From: an uncultured Alphaproteobacteria bacterium
GTDB taxonomy: Bacteria > Pseudomonadota > Alphaproteobacteria > HIMB59 > GCA-002718135
Assembly: GCA_902628835.1 (NCBI GenBank)
Contig: CACOPD010000002.1
Location: 16,218 to 80,217 of the forward strand
Direction: 5' to 3'
Length of the DNA stretch: 64,000 nt
Shown: piece by piece, positions 60,139 to 64,000 of the stretch
How positions within the stretch are numbered: the first letter of the stretch is position 1
Layout: each line of letters starts with the position of its first letter
The notes under the pieces: model-generated
The model's input: only the letters and a program-made list of their open reading frames with translations
Told to the model about the DNA's origin: nothing
Databases searched by the model: none
Translations under genes and position numbers: made by a program

Positions 60139-63100
60139 ATGAGTTTAGATCATGTTAACCTAAAAAAAATAAGAAAATCTTTTGGAAAGATTCCTCTTGT
60201 TACTTCACTACCAAATCTAGTTGAGGTCCAAAAGAGATCATTTGATAATTTTTTACAATTACAAGTTGATCCCGAAAAAAGAGAAAACATAGGTCTGCAC
60301 TCAATTTTTAAATCCGTATTTCCAATCCACGATTATGCAGAGAGAGCTTCTGTAGATTACGTAAGTTATAATCTTGGAGTGCCAAAATATGATGTTGAAG
60401 AGTGCTCACAAAGAGGACTTACATATGGAACTCCTTTACTTGTAAATTTTCGCTTAATTATATGGGATATTGATGAAATAGCTGGAACTAAATCAGTAAG
60501 AGATATTAAAGAACAAGAAGTATACATGGGGGATATACCTCTTATGACTAAAAATGCTACATTCGTAGTTAATGGCACTGAAAGAGTTGTAGTTAGTCAA
60601 ATGCACAGGTCGCCTGGAGTATTTTTCGACCATGATTTTGGGAAAACACATACTAGTGGCAAATACCTTTTTAACGCAAGGATTATACCTTATCGAGGTT
60701 CTTGGCTAGATTTTGAACACGATGCAAAAAATAATATTCATGCTAGAATAGATAGAAAAAGAAAATTTCCAGTAACTACATTATTTAAATGTTTACTAAG
60801 TAATTTATCAGAAATTTATATTAAAGAATGCGAAGCTAACAAAATAGAGCCAGATCCAAAAAGAGTACTTGGTATGACTGGTGAAGAAATTTTATCGATA
60901 TTTTATGACAATATTGTTTACAAAAAAAATAATTACGGATGGTCATTTAAGGAAGATATATCTTTTTTTAAAGCAAAGATTTTAAACTATGATCTAATTG
61001 ACTCTAAAAATGGCAAAACTATTATTTCAAAAGGTACAAAAGTTAATCAAAAAATTATTAATGATTTAAAAAAGAAGAATATTTCAAACTTATGTATCAA
61101 CGAAGATTCATTATTAGGTTTTTTTCTTTCTTCTGATATTATTGATGAAAAAACTGGTAAAATTTATTTCGAAGCTGGCTATGAAATAGATGAGGTCTTT
61201 ATAGAATTTTTAAACGAAAAGAAAATCAGTAAAATTGATATTATAAAATCTGATAATATTGAAATTGGTTCCTACATAAGAAATACTCTTCTAGTAGACA
61301 AAGCTAGATCAAGGGAAGAAGCATTATTTGAAATCTTTAAAATTCTAAGACCTGGCGAGCCTCCAACAATTGAAACTGCAGAAAATTTGTTCAATAATCT
61401 ATTTTTTAATTCAGACAGATATGATTTATCATCAGTTGGTAGATTAAAAATAAATGCTAAATTTAAAAAGAATACTTCAATAGAGCAAAGAATTTTAGAT
61501 AAAAGTGATATCTTAGATGTTGTTAAGCATATGCATAATCTTGTTGATGGTAAAGGTGAAATTGATGATATTGATCATTTAGCTAATCGAAGAGTGCGAT
61601 CTGTTGGAGAACTTTTAGAGAATCAATATCGTATCGGTTTATTAAAAATGGATAGAGCAATTAAAGAAAGATTAAGCTCTTTAGAAGTTGATAATATAAT
61701 GCCTCAAGATATCGTCAACGCTAAACCTGTCGTTGCATCAATTAAAGAATTTTTTGGACTGAGCCAACTTAGTCAGTTTATGGATCAAACTAATCCTTTA
61801 AGTGAAATTACACATAAAAGAAGAGTATCAGCTCTTGGACCAGGTGGGTTAAATAGAGAAAGAGCAGGTTTTGAAGTTAGAGATGTTCACCAAACACATT
61901 ATGGAAGAATTTGTCCAATCGAAACACCTGAGGGAGCAAATATTGGATTGATAAACAGTCTTGCCTCTTATTCAAGAATTAACAAATATGGTTTTATAGA
62001 AACTCCTTATAGAATTGTAAACTCTGGCAAAGTTACAGATAAAGTAATTTATCTAAGTGCTATTGACGAGGAGGACTTTGTTATAGCGCAAGCAAATGCT
62101 GAAGTTGATTCTAAAGGAAAATTTGCAAATCAAATTGTAAGTTGTAGAAAAAATGGAGAGTTTATAAATGTAGATATTGATGCTATTGATTTAATGGATG
62201 TCTCACCTCAGCAGTTAGTGTCAGTTGCATCTTCACTAATACCTTTCTTAGAAAATGACGATGCCAATAGAGCTTTAATGGGCTCAAATATGATGAGACA
62301 GGCTGTTCCGTTGATTAAACCTAAGGCTCCATTAGTTGGAACTGGTATGGAATATACAGTAGCTAACGATAGTGGATCAACTATAGTTGCTAAAAGAGAG
62401 GGTGTGGTTGATCAACTTGATGCTAATAGAATAGTAATAAGAATAACAGACAAAAATGACAAGACTTTAAATAAAATAGATATTTATAATTTATCTAAGT
62501 TTCAGAGATCAAATCAAAACACATGTATTACACAACGTCCACTTGTAAACGTTGGTGATAAAGTTCTAAAAGACCAAGTAATTGCCGACGGCCCAGCAAC
62601 TGAATTAGGTGAGCTAGCACTTGGAAGAAATGTACTTGCAGCATTTATGCCTTGGAACGGATATAATTTTGAAGACTCTATTTTGATTTCAGAAAAAGTT
62701 GTCCAGGACGATGTATTTACTTCAATTCATGTTGAGGAATTTGAAGTTATGTCTAGAGACACTAAATTAGGACCAGAAGAAATAACAAGAGATATTCCAA
62801 ATGCAAGTGAGGAGATGTTAGTAAATCTTGATGAAACTGGTATTGTTTATGTAGGAGCTGAAGTAAATTCTGGTGATATACTAGTGGGAAAGGTTACTCC
62901 AAAAGGAGAGTCTCCTATGACACCAGAAGAAAAATTATTAAGAGCAATATTTGGCGAAAAAGCTGCTGACGTTAAAGACACCAGTTTAAGAGTCCCTCCA
63001 GGTGTCAAAGGAACTGTTGTTGAAATAAGAGTTTTTTCAAGAAGAGGAATAGAGAAAGATGAAAGAGCAATAAGTATAGAAAATAATCAAATCGAGATAA

Positions 63101-64000
63101 TTGCTCGAGATAGAGATGATGAATTAAAAATATTAGAAAAAAGTTTTGGAAACCATCTTAAAGAGTTACTTAATAATCAAACATTTATTTCAGGTACTGA
63201 TAAATTTAAAAAAAATAGCCAGATAAAATATGAGCAAATTGAAGCTTTGAGTTTAAACGAACTATTAAAAATAAATATATCAGATGATAAAAAAAATAAT
63301 CAGATAGAATTATTAGTTAAAAATTATGAAAATCAATTAGGTAATATCAATCAAAAGTTTGAAAATAAAATTGATAAAATCCAGAGTGGTGACGAATTGC
63401 TCCCAGGAGTTCTAAAACTAATAAAAGTATTTATTTCCGTAAAACGTAAGCTTCAACCTGGTGATAAAATGGCAGGGAGACATGGAAACAAAGGAGTAAT
63501 ATCTAAAATATGCCCAGTTGAAGATATGCCTTATCTAGAGGATGGAACTCCAGTTGATATAGTTTTAAATCCATTAGGTGTTCCTAGTAGAATGAATATA
63601 GGCCAAATCCTAGAAACACATCTAGGATGGGCTTCCGCATCATTGGGTAAACAAGTAAATGAAATGATTAAAAAAATACAGTCAGAGGGTCAAACTAATG
63701 ATTTAAGAAGTAAGCTGTTAGAGATATATGATCTTGAAAGTCATCAGAAAATTATTAAAAATATGAATGATGATGAAATATTAGAGCTAGGGAATAATTT
63801 AAAAGATGGTATTCCGTTTGCAACTCCTGTATTTGATGGAGCTAAGGAAAAAGATATCACTAATTTATTATCTGTTTCAGGTGTTTCTGGCACAGGTCAA
63901 GAAACATTATATGACGGTATAACTGGTCAAAAATTTGAAAGACCAGTGACTGTAGGTTATATGTATATGCTAAAACTTCATCATTTAGTGGATGAAAAAA
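60139..64000 (+). CDS. rpoB: DNA-directed RNA polymerase beta subunit, 5' partial (about 1287 codons; runs past the window end)
   Basis: Absent from the ORF track because there is no stop codon in the window. My translation from the ATG at 60139 (RBS GGAGAG upstream) gives [40 protein letters not shown]. Downstream motifs include [12 protein letters not shown] and [13 protein letters not shown]. Confidence 0.95.
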   Translation, partial: MSLDHVNLKKIRKSFGKIPLVTSLPNLVEVQKRSFDNFLQLQVDPEKRENIGLHSIFKSVFPIHDYAERASVDYVSYNLGVPKYDVEECSQRGLTYGTPLLVNFRLIIWDIDEIAGTKSVRDIKEQEVYMGDIPLMTKNATFVVNGTERVVVSQMHRSPGVFFDHDFGKTHTSGKYLFNARIIPYRGSWLDFEHDAKNNIHARIDRKRKFPVTTLFKCLLSNLSEIYIKECEANKIEPDPKRVLGMTGEEILSIFYDNIVYKKNNYGWSFKEDISFFKAKILNYDLIDSKNGKTIISKGTKVNQKIINDLKKKNISNLCINEDSLLGFFLSSDIIDEKTGKIYFEAGYEIDEVFIEFLNEKKISKIDIIKSDNIEIGSYIRNTLLVDKARSREEALFEIFKILRPGEPPTIETAENLFNNLFFNSDRYDLSSVGRLKINAKFKKNTSIEQRILDKSDILDVVKHMHNLVDGKGEIDDIDHLANRRVRSVGELLENQYRIGLLKMDRAIKERLSSLEVDNIMPQDIVNAKPVVASIKEFFGLSQLSQFMDQTNPLSEITHKRRVSALGPGGLNRERAGFEVRDVHQTHYGRICPIETPEGANIGLINSLASYSRINKYGFIETPYRIVNSGKVTDKVIYLSAIDEEDFVIAQANAEVDSKGKFANQIVSCRKNGEFINVDIDAIDLMDVSPQQLVSVASSLIPFLENDDANRALMGSNMMRQAVPLIKPKAPLVGTGMEYTVANDSGSTIVAKREGVVDQLDANRIVIRITDKNDKTLNKIDIYNLSKFQRSNQNTCITQRPLVNVGDKVLKDQVIADGPATELGELALGRNVLAAFMPWNGYNFEDSILISEKVVQDDVFTSIHVEEFEVMSRDTKLGPEEITRDIPNASEEMLVNLDETGIVYVGAEVNSGDILVGKVTPKGESPMTPEEKLLRAIFGEKAADVKDTSLRVPPGVKGTVVEIRVFSRRGIEKDERAISIENNQIEIIARDRDDELKILEKSFGNHLKELLNNQTFISGTDKFKKNSQIKYEQIEALSLNELLKINISDDKKNNQIELLVKNYENQLGNINQKFENKIDKIQSGDELLPGVLKLIKVFISVKRKLQPGDKMAGRHGNKGVISKICPVEDMPYLEDGTPVDIVLNPLGVPSRMNIGQILETHLGWASASLGKQVNEMIKKIQSEGQTNDLRSKLLEIYDLESHQKIIKNMNDDEILELGNNLKDGIPFATPVFDGAKEKDITNLLSVSGVSGTGQETLYDGITGQKFERPVTVGYMYMLKLHHLVDEK

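Noticed and set aside
55798-64000. Visibly higher GC in the tuf-rplKAJL-rpoB block than in the rest of the window, considered as a possible horizontally acquired island.
   Set aside because: These are universally conserved, highly expressed core genes in the canonical order. Their amino-acid constraints (Gly, Ala, Val, Pro rich) and codon usage explain the shift. There are no mobility genes or flanking repeats.

Overview
This window is a very AT-rich, extremely gene-dense stretch of alphaproteobacterial core chromosome. I count about 75 protein genes and 4 tRNAs. Most intergenic gaps are 0-90 nt, with many 1-, 4- and 8-nt gene overlaps. Gene content, gene order and compaction fit a streamlined marine SAR11/Pelagibacterales-type genome best; this is inference, since no search was possible. 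I saw no rRNA, CRISPR array, transposase, integrase or prophage. Content from left to right: (1) A minus-strand one-carbon/methyl-group oxidation operon: MetF-like, fhs, soxBDAG, then a partial secreted SNase-like nuclease. (2) trhO, rpmG, and a tightly coupled photolyase / FAD-oxidoreductase / DUF1365 / CFA-synthase-like / DUF2878 cluster. (3) Housekeeping genes: rpmE, suhB, efp, gap, tkt, zapA-like, 5-FCL, ymdB-like. (4) yebC followed by a 97-aa PD-(D/E)XK nuclease-fold ORF in the position where ruvCAB-ybgC usually lie, then tolQRAB-pal-cpoB-tilS-ftsH-glmM-hisZ-purA. (5) rpoH, rluD, xseB, tlyA, aroC, fabI, pdxH, pyrE. (6) A membrane-protein cluster: USP, TIGR02186-like, a small TM ORF, TauE/SafE, YeiH. 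(7) A molybdenum-cofactor and NAD-dependent formate dehydrogenase island: mobA, fdhD, an orphan ModB/TupB-like permease, mobB, moeA, tusA-like, a fused fdsG-fdsB, and a Cys-type fdsA. (8) tRNA-Thr, rlmB, then tRNA-Tyr, tRNA-Gly, tuf, tRNA-Trp, secE, nusG, rplKAJL and the 5' three quarters of rpoB. The rpoB gene and the SNase-like gene are missing from the ORF track because they run off the window. The most interesting items are the Hjc/VRR-NUC-like mini-nuclease replacing ruvC between yebC and tolQ, the photolyase-linked candidate furan-fatty-acid cluster, the orphan permease and TusA-like gene inside the FDH/Moco island, and the extreme head-to-head and tail-to-tail gene overlaps that leave no room for promoters or terminators. 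All family assignments come from motif recognition by eye, not from database searches.
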